Assembly: GCA_951406725.2 (NCBI GenBank)
Contig: OX597837.1
Coordinates: 37,324,001 to 37,388,000, forward strand
DNA length: 64,000 nucleotides
Direction of reading: 5' to 3'
Origin: Octopus vulgaris
Taxonomy: Eukaryota
Positions 24,712-38,041 of this stretch are shown piece by piece (within the stretch, counting starts at the first letter, position 1; each line of letters begins with the position of its first letter). The translations under genes and the position numbers were made by a program. The notes beneath the pieces are model-generated. The model worked only from the letters and a program-made list of their open reading frames with translations. It did not search any database and was not told where the DNA came from.

Positions 24712-26774
24712 CTGTAAAATATGAAAAAGAAAGATAGTGAAAGGATCAAACATCAGCAGTTCAGATGTCAACTATGAAGAAAGAAAGACTTAAATTTTGT
24801 TTAGATTAAAGAGGGAGAAGCGACAGAGAAAGAGAGGGAGAGAGAGAGGCAGGGGTGGCACATTTTTAGAACTACTATTGCATCCACTTAACCAAATGGG
24901 TAAAACACAGATTTCAATTAACCAATTATGTATTTTAACTATGTAATTCCATAATGATGTTTTATGCCATTGAAACAGCTGTTGAGCACAATTAAATTAT
25001 GAAGTATATATGAAATTTATGCTTTTTCTGCTGAAAATGTTGCTCTAAACTATTATTCTAGCTGACTCTATATACAAGCATGTTTGTTTCACTGTGGTTT
25101 CTACTAGGAATTTACCACATGGATGGGAAGCAAGGCTCTTAACCACACAGCCATACCTGTGATTTTAGAATTGGAAAAGCTAGAACAAAATTAGGTAGAT
25201 TTTAAACTCATCCAGTAGAAGGGTTCTGGTTTGGTTAGTTCCGGGGTTTTGAGGAATGTGGAATCAACACTTTGCCACTATTGTTCACAGGTCTACACTG
25301 TCCCAGAGTAGTAGCACCTGTCCAGGTCCCACCTGTGTTTTGCATAACACAGACCTACCTGAGCCAGGGTATATTGAAATCATGGGATGCAGCAGGGTGG
25401 GCGTGAAATATTTTGGCAAATGACTTCATTTGATTGATGGTGAATATCACTGGATGCTGAGCAGATGCGGGACAGACAATAAACTGTCAATGGCCAGGAC
25501 CAACCAGTTCAGATATTTCAGTTACAGGGAGGCTGATGTGACTAAAAACAGGATCAGACATTCATGCTGCATTGCTTGATCAGGACATCTGGGGATGTGA
25601 ACTTGATATGCCCCAGTGGTGATATTGTCTGAGCCCCCTCGTCACCACTGATATCATGTTCCAGTGACGATATTATCGATATTATCTCTTTTCCCGAACC
25701 GCTAAGTGACGGGGACATAAACACACCAACATCGGTTGTCAAGCGATGCTGGGGGGACAAACGCAGACACACAAGCATATACACACACATACATATACAT
25801 ATATATGAAGGGCTTCTTTCAGTTTCCATCTACCAAATCCACTCACAAGGCTTTGGTCGGCCCGAGGCTATAGTAGAAGACACTTGCCCAAGATGCCACG
25901 CAGTGGGACTGAACCCGGAACCATGTGGTTGGTAAACAAGCTACTTACCACACAGCCACTCCTACGCCGGTAAAAATTCCTTCTATGAAAAATTATAGAG
26001 TAACTGAATGGACTTAATACTGGGTGCACAGTACAGACTCAGTACTAAATCTGTCTGCAAGAGGTTGATGAAAGACTGATGTGACTAAAACACAGGCCAG
26101 ACATTTATGCCTCATCATTCAATCAAGACATCTCGTGATGTTAACTATTTCAGCAAAGGAATTTACTGAATCAATGATGAACACCACTAGATGCTGCTGT
26201 GTGGATAAAACTGATGCTATGCGGATGAACAGACATCAGAGTGTCAAAAGGCCAGCATCAACCAATTCAATAAGCAAACTACTGCTTTTCTCCATAGTCA
26301 TGATGTGTACAGATAAGATATTTCAGTTAACAGAAGATCAATGTGTCTGAAGCCTAAGCCAGACATTCAGGCCATATCACTTGATCAAGACATCTGGCAT
26401 GGAAGTGTTGTTTTGGCTTGGGCAAGTCACCAACCTGCTGCTGCTGTAACCAATGATGATGATGATAATAATAATAATAATAATTCGTTTGTTTATTGGC
26501 CACAAGGGCTAACAAAAATCAATTAAAACATGTAGGGACAAAACACAGGACGAAAGTTACAAAGGGTTTTGTCCGTTTGTAAAAGGTCCCTGTACAAAAG
26601 CAGGATAACAACGAAATATAAGTAACAATTAAAACTGCCAATAGGGGGAGGCGCTTCGAAAGGTTACTCGTGGAAAAACCCATAAAAGCCACGGGAGCCT
26701 GGTCAAAAGTGGGGTAGAGAGCCCCTTTCTCCTTTTATATTTCCTTTTAATTTTTCACAGGTGTATCCTCAGGA

Positions 26775-27210
26775 AATTATTGTATACAGTGCTCAGGTGC
26801 ACCACAACTTGTCAAAAGTGTGTATAAAGCATATGCAGTAATGTACAAATGTCTGGGAAGTGAACAATGTATGAGTCAGATACATGCTTGTGTGTGTATG
26901 GAGGGGAGAAAATCAGGTGTAATGTTAGTGAATCTCAGGAAGCATGGAAGTTTTGAAGGATGCAGTGCTCCGACAACCAACAACTGATGATGGCAGTTTG
27001 TTCCATGCTTCAGTAACTCTCAGCGTGAAAAAATGTTTCCTAAAGTCATGGGAGCTGTGCTGTTTTCTGACTTTGTAAATATGTCCACGGGTGTTAGACA
27101 GGTGGAGTTTGAAAAGGTGCTCAGAGTTATTGTTAGTAAGATGGTTAATAATTTTACGAGTGTCTGCCAAGTCAGCTGCCAGACGTCGGAGTTTCAGTGT
27201 ATCCATGATG
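26775..27210 (-). mobile_element. CR1-type LINE 3' end; a second shorter copy lies at 27395-27601
   Basis: TLKLRRLAADL...TRGHIYKVRK...RKHFFTLRVTEAWNKLPSSVV...SFK, plus a shared 3' UTR. Confidence 0.88.
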
Positions 27211-28194
27211 ACGGCTACCAACGTTTGTACACTAACATACATCAGTATAACAACTGAAACTCCAGCCTACAGTTTGTATGTCTGCTTGTTGTTGTCTATG
27301 GCAGTGATACCAGTTATGATATCACGGGATATGTTTCCATCCAAGGCGTCTGCACCATTATCCTTCAAACAGTATTTCTAATAATAATAGTAATGAAATT
27401 ATTGTATACAGTGCTCAGGTGCACCACAACTTGTCAGAAAGTGCGTATAAAGTATAAGCAGTAATGTACAAGTGTCTGGAAAGCGAACAATGTATGAGTC
27501 AGATACATGCTTGTGTGTGTATGGAGGAGAGAAAATCAGGTGTAGTGTTGGCGAATCTCAGGAAGCATGGAAGTTTTGAAGGATGCAGTGCTCCGACAAC
27601 TAACAATGAATCACTAATATTTAGGAAAACGGGAGAGAAGGAACTAAAGGTGATGGTGGGAACATGAAGGTTAAGGTGGCTGGGTCAGGTATTGAGAATG
27701 GGTAATAGAAAGAGACCAGCAGAGAAGGGACCTGGAGCGAAAAGCTCCTGGTGACAAGCAAGTGGAGGATAGGACTAAGTTGACATGGCAACAATGTGTA
27801 AAAATAAAGGATCTGAAATGTGACTGAAAGGGCCGCCATGATGCTAAATGATGGAGACCCAGCTGTAGACATGATGGGCAAGGACAAACTGAGGAATGGC
27901 ATGACATGGTATGGATTAAAGATTGAAGAATGATGATAGATAAAAGCCCATTTGAGTGGGATTTTCACTCGAGATCTGAAAGGATTTGATTAAACCCTGA
28001 CAAAAATACTGCAAGGCAATTTTTCGTGACACTTCAACGACCCTACTAATGTTGCTTATGTTGACCCTTGTATTAAATTGGTATTTATTATTTGGTCCCA
28101 AGAAGATGAAAGGCAAAATGTTGATTATCATAGGAATTGAACCCACGAAGCACAGAGAAACAACTTAACAAAGCAAGACATTTTGTGTAACATT

Positions 28195-28423
28195 TTAACC
28201 CTTTAGTGTTCGCATTATTCTGCCAAAATTAATCCTTTTTTATCCACATTGTTTTGAATTAATCATGCATTATCTTGTAGCTATGAGATTTTGATGAGGT
28301 AGCTGTTAATTTTTAAAACGATATTGTAGGGTTGGTGTGAGAGACCAGATCTGGCCAGTTTGAACATAAAACAGGCAGAATACATTTGGCCAGATATGAC
28401 CGGTTTAAATGCTAAAGGGTTAA
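28195..28423. mobile_element. piggyBac-like MITE, family 2
   Basis: TTAA flanks and CCCTTTAG TIRs; homologous to 2808-3035. Confidence 0.85.
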
Positions 28424-28644
28424 AGATTCTGCCAATGTTGCTAATATCAACCCTAGTACAAAACTGGTATCAATTAATTAGCCCCAAAAAGATGAAAATC
28501 AAAATCTCAATCATGGCAAGATTTAAACTCAGACCATAAAGACTCAGGATTAAAGATTGCCAAGCATTTTGTCCATCAGTCTTGCCAATCAGTCACCAAT
28601 TTCATCAGTCATATAAAACGACTACCAAACATTTGAAGTATATA

Positions 28645-28830
28645 ACTGCCTTGGATTACTACTTGTTCGAATCCGTGGCTCACATCCTGCACTCACGACA
28701 CTTCAACTCAGAAGAGGTGGAAGCTCCAGTGAAGGACTCCATTGCCTGGAAGGACAGGAACTGGAATTGGTGTGGGACCAAAGAAAGGGCAGAAAAAAGT
28801 GGCTTCAGACGGTGCAACCCGATGGCCTCT
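28645..28830 (+). mobile_element. Degenerate mariner transposase C-terminal fragment
   Basis: DYYLFESVAHILHSRHFNSEEVEAPVKDSIAWKDRNWNWCGTKERAEK resembles the mariner DYHLF...F..EEV...WY..GI..L motif. Confidence 0.7.
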
Positions 28831-29164
28831 ACTTTGAGTGTTAAGGTTGCTTTTGCTGTAACTTGAAGACTAAAACAAATAAGGTACCAAAATATGGCAA
28901 AACATTTGGTTCAAAAACAATATTTCTACTGCTAGAAAAAAGAGCTAAAATGCTCTAATGCTGTAGGAACTATGTCAAGGGGTACACGTGTCTGTGGAGT
29001 GCTCAGCCACTTGCACGTTGATTTCCTAGCAGACTGTTTCATTGATCAGATCGACGGGAACCCTCGTCGTCGTAACCGACGGAGTGCCACGATGTCAACA
29101 CAATATGCCAACACTTCTTATTGTCTTTATCACTTCATTAGCCCTTTTCCTGCTATAATTATAT

Positions 29165-29397
29165 TAGGCGGTGAGCTGGCAGAACCGTTAGCACGCCAGG
29201 CAAAATGCGTGGCCGTATTTCGTCTGCCGTTACGTTCTGAGTTCAAATTCCGCCGAGGTCTACTTTGCCTTTCATCCTTTCGGGGTCGATAAATTAAGTA
29301 CCGGTTGTGCACTGGGGTCGATGTAATCGCCTTAATCCGTATGTCTGTCCTTGTTTGTCCCCTCTGTGTTTAGCCCCTTGTGGGTAGTAAAGAAATA
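29165..29397 (+). mobile_element. SINE-B monomer
   Basis: Full head, core and GTAAAGAAATA tail. Other monomers lie at 55846-56070(-), 60683-60900(-) and 61833-62066(+, TSD ATAAAGGGGTTACATA). Confidence 0.88.
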
Positions 29398-30046
29398 TAT
29401 ATTGGTATACACTGCCTTTGTTTCAATTGATTTTGAAATTAATGAAGAATTTAGTAAAACAATTTTGTCGTTAACGAGCAGGTGTTTGGAACATGAGATG
29501 AAGTTAACATGAAATTTTGATGGAAGGTTTTAATTAAGATCACTTTAACACTTTCGCTCATGAAGTTTAGGTAATTTAAGGCTATGGTTAAAATATATAC
29601 ATATATATATATATATGATGATATATATATATAAGAACAAACACAAAAAATTAAACTTGTCTTAGATGTCATGTAGCAAGATTGAACTCAGAACTTTGTG
29701 ATTACAAAGCAAATTTCTTAATCACTGAGTCATGCCAAGATCATTATACACAAACACACACACACACATCTATCTATCTATTAGTCTTCATCTATCTGTC
29801 TTTATCTATCTTTATCTGTCTGTTTGTCTGTCTATTTGTCTATCACGTCTGTCTATCTGTTCATCTGTCTGTCTATCTAACTGTCTATCTATATCTGTCT
29901 ATCTATATCTATCTGTATATCTATATCTATCTGTATATCTATATCTATCTGTCTATCTATATCTATTTGTCTGTCTATCTGTTTATCTGTCTATTTGTCT
30001 GTCTGTCTGTCTGCCTATCTATCTCGTCTGTCTGTCTATCTATCTC

Positions 30047-30078
<32 letters not shown>

Positions 30079-31210
30079 TCCTGCTTGAGTGTTGTCTTTT
30101 TTTATATATAAACACATAGATACACCTATAGAATGTGTATGTACTGTACACAGACAAACACACACACATCCATTCATCTATCTATCTATCTGTATGTTAT
30201 GTATACACACACATATATATACGAGAGAGAGGGTGGGGAAGTACACCTATTGAATGTGTGTATGAAAGAGATTTGATAATTAAGGTAGGAGTGACAAGCA
30301 AAACAAGTAGACAAAGAGAGAAAGAGGTAGACAGGAATGGATGCACAGGCTAAGAGAGAGAGAGAAAGAGAGAGAGAGAGAGGGAGAGAGAGATGCAGAC
30401 AGACAGAAAGTGAGACTCACGGGGACAGAAACAGCGGGTGGGGGGACGGAGGTAGTCTGACAAGATGAGATGAGACAGGATGAGACACACACACACACAC
30501 ACATAGAAAAATACAAGAAAGACAGAAACAGAGAGAGAAAGAAAGAGAGAGGGGATAGAGGGGGAAAATGAGAGAAGGGGAGAGAGAGAGAGAGAGAGAG
30601 AGAGACCTGAAAATGGGTGAATAATTCCTATTGATTTCAAAAAAAAAAAAAATCTAGAAAAATAAACCTGAGAAGCAAATATTAAATTCACGCCACCAGA
30701 TTTCATTGTAAACCTGACCTCAATACCTGGCTGACATCAGCTGTTTAACAACAACCACCACCACCACCACCCACTACCACCACCACCACCACCACCACCA
30801 CCATTTTACTACTGCTACTACCTTGATGACGACCCCTCTCACCTCTACAGCGACTATTTCCCAACAGAGGAGCGAGGTGCGAAGATGAATAGGATATATA
30901 TATATATGTGTATATATATGCAGGTTACTCAACCAATAGTAAAACAAAAGTGGATGCTGCAAGCGTTAAGTGTTTATAGCTGCACCCAGTTTTGGTGCAG
31001 TGGCTGCAAAGATGATGACAGGTGGTGGTGGGGGTGGTGGGAGGAGAGAAAATAAGCGTATGATGCCATACTGTGATGTGAGCCAATGAGAAACCCAGGG
31101 CCGTTTCCTGGTGGTATTGATCCGTGCCGGCTCTGCGTAGCTCTGCTGGGAGCAACACTTGAAATGGTGACCAAAAATTGTTGTAATCTTGATATATTTG
31201 ACATAGTATT

Positions 31211-31436
31211 TCTCTTTTATCTTTTACTTGTTTCAGTCATTTGACTGCGGCCATGCTGGAGCACCGCCTTTTTAGTCGAATCAAATTGACCCCGGAACTT
31301 ATTCTTTGTAAGCCCCGTTCTTATTCTATCGGTCTCTTTTTGCCGAACCGCTATAGAGTAACGGGGACGTAAACACACCAGCATCGGTTGTCAAGCGATG
31401 CTAGAGGGACAAACACAGACACACAAACATATACAT

Positions 31437-31484
<48 letters not shown>

Positions 31485-31647
31485 GATGGGCTTCTTTCAG
31501 TTTCCGTCTACCAAATCCACTCACAAGGCTTTGGTCGGCCCGAGGCTATAGTAGAAGACACTTGCCCAAGATGCCACGCAGTGGGACTGAACCCGGAACC
31601 ATGTGGTTGGTTAGCAAGCTACTTACCACACAGCCACTCCTGCGCCT
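31211..31647 (-). mobile_element. SINE-A, full length
   Basis: Reverse complement of the family A pattern, with internal (AT)n. Confidence 0.88.
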
Positions 31648-32184
31648 ACTACAGTGGTATATCAAATTTATTTAATAAATTAGACATGCTCCAGCATGGC
31701 TGAAACAAATAAAAGAATAGAAAAATATTTTTTGGTCTGTCTTTCTCTTACTTCCTTCCGCTTCCCTGTTGTACAGGGGTAGCCAAGTATCTCCACCCCC
31801 TCTGTAGTAAAATGGATATCCATATCCCCGGCCCTCTATCATACACCAACGAACCCCCTGCCTGGCCCACAGCCACTTCTCTCAGTTCCTTTCCCTCTCT
31901 CAGCTGAAATGTCTTTGCCTTGCAACCACTCGGTGAACCAATGGGTACTGGTCCCACGTAAAACGGGCCTGTGCTGACACCATGTACTAAGCGCCCATGC
32001 TGGCATCGCATAAGAAGCACCCTTACCTTTACCACATAGTAGGTACCCATGCTAGAGCCACATACAAGGCACCTATGCCAATGTCACATACAGAGCACCT
32101 GTGCTGGCACCACATAAGAAGCACCTGTACCAATGCCACATAAAATGCACCTGTGCCAAGTCCACCAAGAGAGCACTCAGGTGG

Positions 32185-32430
32185 AGATACATGGGTTAGT
32201 GGTTAGGGTGTTGGACTCATGATTGTAAGATTATGGTTTCGATTCCTGTAGTGGGCAATGCATTGTGTTCTTGAGCAATACTCTTCATTTCACGTTGCTC
32301 CAGTCCACTCAGCTGGCAAAAGTGAGTAACCCTGCGAAGGACTGGCATCCTATCCAGGTGGGGAATATATACGCCATGGAAACAGGGAAACCGGCCTTTA
32401 TCAATCGGCATGACTCGAGAAGGGAACTAT
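32185..32430 (+). mobile_element. tRNA-derived SINE family E (V-domain-like core)
   Basis: GGTTAGTGGTTAGGGTG...GGTTTCGATTCC head and GTCCACTCAGCTG core. Related copies lie at ~38095-38250, 42160-42480(-), 50900-51180(-) and 59260-59560(-). Confidence 0.65.
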
Positions 32431-33859
32431 ACCTTTAAAGGGTAAAGGTGCATGATTGAAACTTGTAAAATGTAAAAGATGTGGATATCTATCTTGGACT
32501 GTGGCCAAGCTGGAGCACCACCTTGAAACATGTATTCGAACAAATTGAGCCCAGTACTTATTTTTTTAATATTTCTCGGGCCTGGTACTCGATCTCTTTT
32601 GTTGAACTGCTAAGTTACTTGGATGCAAATACACCAACACCAGTTGTCAAGTGGTGGTAGGGGAACAAACAGACATGCACATACACATACACACACACAC
32701 ATGCATGCACATGCAAACACTTGCACATGTACAAACACACATACACACACATGCACATGCACACACACATGTACACACACACATGCTCACACACACATGT
32801 ATGCACATGCACACACACATATACACACTTGCACATGTACATACACACATACACACACACACATGTACATACACGCACACACACATGCACACACGCATGT
32901 ACACATACACACACACATACACATGATGGAACGCCACACAGTTTCTGTCTCCCAGTTTCACTGACAAGATATTGGTCAGTCCTGGCACTATAGTAGAAGA
33001 AACTTGCCCAAGGTACTGCACAGTGGGACTGAACCTGAAACCATGTGATTAGGCAGCAAGCTTCTTACCACACAACCATGTCAGCACCTAGACATGTAAT
33101 CAAAACGATCTAAGGGAAATAACTCAAAGTGGTCAGTGGTTTAAATTTGGATGATAAAATAGGGGGAGGGGGAGGTATATTCATAACCCTACCAGATAAA
33201 TGCTTGATTTATTAAAATTATCTTTGGATTGAGAGAAGGTAAACAACAACCTAGTGGCAGTTACATCTAGCTCCGAATGAGGAGGAGAAGATAACATCAA
33301 AAAATCAAGTTTCCTGGAATTAACATGCCGTTAAGGAAATGATAGTCTGTTTAATTTCTGGAGACAAGGTGACAGCTAGGGGGTGTGTGTTTCTGCCTCT
33401 ATAGGTGTCATCAGCACAGCAATTTTAGCCAGACACAAGACTTAGACATATCTTTATCTTCTACATTTTACTTGTTTCAATCATTGTACTGTAACCATGC
33501 AGCCGCTAAGCACAATACGAGAACCCTGCACCAAATATCTGGGTCACAGAATTGCTCCATACATACATACACAAAATCATTGTAAACTATACCAAAAGAC
33601 AATTTTCCCTCTCTTAATATCAACCTCTCTTTAACAAGAATATACTGTAGTCAAACCATTGGCCAACCAAACATGCTGAACTCTTCCCTTGTCTCAACTA
33701 CTACTACTACTACTACTACTAAACCAAACAATGTCCTGTTTAACAGCATCACCTGGTCCTTGATTTATTAAAATTATCTTTGGTCTGAGAGAAGGTAAAC
33801 AACGACCTAGTGGCAGTTACATCTAGCTCTGAATAAGGAGGAGATAACACCACTACATG

Positions 33860-34020
33860 GTCCATGGGTGGTCAACATAACATACTGCCCAGTCCAACAC
33901 CCATCACCTGGTCTTGGGCTGGTTGACCTAACACAGGGTCCAATTTAACATCATCATCTGGTCCTTGGCTGGTCAACCTAACACAGCGTCCAGTTTAACA
34001 CCAACACCTGGTCCCTGGGG
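33860..34020. repeat. Degenerate ~47-50-bp tandem repeat, about 3 copies
   Basis: CATCACCTGGTC...GGCTGGT..ACCTAACACAG.GTCCA.TTTAA repeated. Confidence 0.7.
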
Positions 34021-34218
34021 TACCGTTAGCAAAGTTGTATACATTTAGACCAGTCTCCCTGGTGTTTCTTCATCCACCCTCTTCTTTGAAGACATTATCA
34101 TTCAGATGCATTCAGGGTGGATATTATAGCTACATCATCAGTAATGTGGGAGGAAGTCCTGAAGATGTCATATGACTTCCACATCCACCCTTGGTTAAAT
34201 GGTAATTAGAAATTTAGA

Positions 34219-34643
34219 AGGCGGCGAGCTGGCAGAAACGTTAGCACACCGGGCGAAATGCTTTGTGGTATTTCATCTGTCGCTGCGTTCTGAGTTCAAA
34301 TTCCGCTGAGGTAGACTTTGCCTTTCATCCTTTTGGGGTTGATAAATTAAGTACCAGTTACGCACTGACGTAGATGTAATCGACTTAATCCCTTTGTCTG
34401 TCCTTGTTTGTCCCCTCTGTGTTTAGCCCCTTGAGGGTTGTAAAGAAATAGGTATTTCGTCTGCTGCTACGTTCTGAGTACAAATTCCGCTGAGGTAGAC
34501 TTTACCTTTCATCCTTTCGGGATCGATAAATTAGGTACCAGTTACTCACTGAGGGTGGGGTGGTCAATGTAATTGACTTAATCCGTTTGTCTGTACTTGT
34601 TTGTCCCCTCCGTGTTTAGCCCCTTGTGGGCAATAAAGAAATA
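34219..34643 (+). mobile_element. SINE-B dimer with TSD
   Basis: Junction GAAATAGGTATTTC at 34445; flanks GGTAATTAGAAATTTAGA and GGTAATTAAAAATTTGGA. Confidence 0.88.
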
Positions 34644-36417
34644 GGTAATTAAAAATTTGGAATTACTGAATATTGGCCATCATCATCATCATCATCGAAT
34701 GTCTGTTTTCCATGCTGGTATGGGTTGGACAGTTTGACAGGGTTTGGCAAGGCTGGAGAGCTGCACCAGGTTCCAGTTGTCTGCTTTGACAGGGTCTCTA
34801 CAGCTGGATACCCTTCCAAATGCCAGCCACTTTACAGAGGGTGCTGGGTGCTTTTTATGTGGCGCCAGCACGGATACTTTTTACATGATACCAGCATCTG
34901 TGCCCTTTACATGGCACCGGTGCCACTGCTTTATACGTGGCACTATCATGGGTGCATTTTATGTGACATTAGCACATGTATCTTTTACGTGGCACCAGCA
35001 CATTTTACATGACACCGGCACCAGTGCTTCGTACATGGCACCAGCACCAGACCCTTTTACAGGGAGCCAACCCACACTAATCTTACTGTTATGTGGGTAT
35101 TACTGCTGGGGTAGAGGCCCACTTGCACTAATTTCCCACCCCTAGCTTCATGGTTTAGATAGATTTGGTGAAATGTGAAGCACACGGCAGTGTGAGGGAG
35201 GGGTTAGAAAAGGGGTTATCAAAACGGGACACAAGAGGGGAGAATTGTAGAGAAACAAAGATCACAAAGAACGTGCATTTTTATTTGTGTGTGCACGTGT
35301 TTGTGTGTGCACGTGTGTACCCATTGAATGTTTCTCTGTAGGAGAATTAGGAGTGTGTGTATGTCAGTGTAATGTTATGGGAGCGTATGTTTCTTGGTGT
35401 GTGAACATGTGATCGTGTGTGTGTGTGTGTGTGTGTGAAAGTCATTAGAACTTGTCTAAACATGGCTTCTTAACTAAGTAGATTAGCATGTGTACATATA
35501 TATGTGTATGAATATGTGTATGTGTGTATATGTATATATGTGTGTGTGTGTATATATATATACATATAAGTTTCTGTGTGTATATATATACATAAATACA
35601 TGTATATAAGTATGTATGTATATATATACATATATATATGTATATAAGTATCTTTGTGTATATATATATATGTATATATATATACATACATGTATATAAG
35701 TATATGTGTGTATATATATATATACATGTATATAAGTATATGTGTGTATATATATATATACATACATGTATATAAGTATATGTGTGTATGTATATATATA
35801 TGTATATAAGTATCTGTGTGTATATATATACATATATACATGTATATAAGTATGTGTGTATATATATATATTTACATACATACATGTATATAAGTATCTG
35901 TGTGTGTGTGTGTGTATATATATACACCCAGACATATATTCATACATATGCACACACACACACACATATCTATACACACACATACATACACGGAAAGCAG
36001 TTGTGTAAATGTATGCATCTGTGTATGTAAATATATACGTATACATACACACATATATAATCTCTGGATTAGTGGTTTAACCACCACTGTTCACTATTTA
36101 TGACCCTCACACTCTCTGACACAATTGTTCACTATTTCATAACTGTTTTCTACAATATTGATAGCTGGTCACACCTGTTGTCCTCTATATCTGACAGTTT
36201 TCTATTGTTTATTTATGGTCAATGTTTACTGTTCATGGAGCACCTGTATTTGGTTTGCTGTCGGTTTATTGTGGTCACGTAAGCCAAAGCTGACCTGAGG
36301 GTCTTTACATAACTCTGCAGGTCATCAAACTCTCTCAGACCGTCCAACCCATGCCAGCATGGAAAAACGGATGTTAAATGATGACGATGACAATGACGAC
36401 AATGAGGTTCTCTTTCT

Positions 36418-37006
36418 TATTTCTTTATTGCCCGCAAGGGGTTAAACATACAGGGGACAAGCAAAGACAGACAAGGAGATTAAGTCGATTAGATCGACCA
36501 CAGTGTGTAACTGGTACTTAATTTATTAACCCCGAAAGGATGAAAGGCAAAGTCGACCTTGGCGGAATTTGAACCCAGAACGTAAAGACAGACGAAATAC
36601 CTATTTCTTTACTGCCCACAAGGGGCTAAACATAGAGAGGTCAAACAAGGACAGACAAACGGATTAAGTCAATTAGATTGACCCCAGTACGTAACTGGTA
36701 CTTAATTTATCGACCCCCGAAAGGATGAAAGGCAAAGTCGACCTCGGCGGAATTTGAACTCAGAACGTTACCTATTTCTTTACTACCCACAAGGGGCTAA
36801 ACACAGAGAGGACAAACAAGGACAGACAAACGGATTAAGTCGATTAGATTGACCCCCAGTACGTAACTGGTACTTAATTTATCGAACCCGAAAGGATAAA
36901 AGGCAAAGTCGACCTCGGCGGAATTTGAACCCAGAACGTAAAGACAGACGAAATACTGCTAAGCATTTCGCCCGGCATGCTAATGTTTCTGCCAGCTTGC
37001 CGCCTT
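36418..37006 (-). mobile_element. SINE-B trimer with 17-bp TSD
   Basis: Three cores; TSD AATGAGGTTCTCTTTCT at 36401-36417 and 37016-37032. Confidence 0.9.
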
Positions 37007-37289
37007 CAGAAAGAGAATGAGGTTCTCTTTCTGTTTGACCATCAGTTCCTTGTTGTCATCGTCATCATTGCTTTAACACCTGCTTTTTCATGCTTTGCAT
37101 GGTTTGGATAGAATTTGTGGAAGCAGTTGTGAAGGGAAGATGCTCTTCCTGTGGTTAACCTTCACCCATTTCCAAGCAAGATAATATACTTCCCCATGGC
37201 CAATCATGTTCGCACGGAATATTGGGAATGATCGACGCTGCTTGTATTATGACTGTCACACTTGTTCGCAACTACTGTGCAATGCCAAG

Positions 37290-37460
37290 ACATTTCTGCC
37301 AGTTCTTTGATCCCACACTGATACCAATTTTTGTTCTTCAAGGTGAAGAACTCCATCACCAAAGCTTCCATCTCCTCTTGGTTGATGAAGTATCACAAGA
37401 GCAGGATTGGGAGAAATAATAATTCAAGGGAGCTTGGTCTGGACTATATGCTGGGTGAGG
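37290..37460 (-). mobile_element. Degenerate mariner transposase C-terminal fragment (same family as 28645)
   Basis: Minus frame reads YFINQEEMEALVMEFFTLKNKNWYQCGIKELAEM. Confidence 0.7.
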
Positions 37461-37467
37461 CATTAGT

Positions 37468-38041
37468 TTAACCCATTTGATACCAACCCGGCTGAAACCG
37501 GCTCTGGCTCTGAGTTCAAATGTCTTGTTTCCATAAGTTTTTAATTAAAATCTTCCACCAAACCTTGGTCACAATTTATGTTCCTAACACTAGCTGAATG
37601 ATAATGAATCTATTTTACTAAATTCTTTGTTATATTTAAAATTAATTGAAAGAAACACAGAGCACCTCAACAGAAATATGGTAACAAAAGGGTTAATCTT
37701 TTTCGCTTTGTGGAATTTCCACAGGTCCCATTAGTATTGATGTTGAAGATATGAAAGGTGAAGATGACCTCAACAGCAATAAAATCATTCTTTCTTTCTT
37801 AAACAGCTTCTCTTAACCCTTTCATTACCATCCTGGCTGAAACCACCTCTAACTCTGTAGTATAAATGTCTTGTTTTCATAAGTTTTGAATAAAAATCTT
37901 CCACCAAACCTTAGTCACAATTTATGTTCCTAACACTAGCTTAATGATAACCAAGTTATTTTAATAAAATCTTTGTTGTATTTAAAGTAATTGAAAGAAA
38001 TACAGAGCATCTCAAAATAAATACAGTAACAGAAGGGTTAA
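37468..38041. mobile_element. Second MITE-spacer-MITE composite
   Basis: TTAA at 37468, 37693, 37813 and 38038; the spacer is nearly identical to 12158-12273. Confidence 0.85.

Noticed and set aside
27270-27381. Minus frame ...TAIDNNKQTYKL resembling the end of Rab exon 1
   Set aside because: It lacks the GxxxxGK and TIGVDF motifs, ends in a stop and has no donor.
28697-28869. Minus-strand exon-like segment with TTTTAG acceptor and GTGAGT donor inside the Rab intron
   Set aside because: The plus strand is a recognisable mariner transposase remnant, and the minus frames show no Rab similarity.
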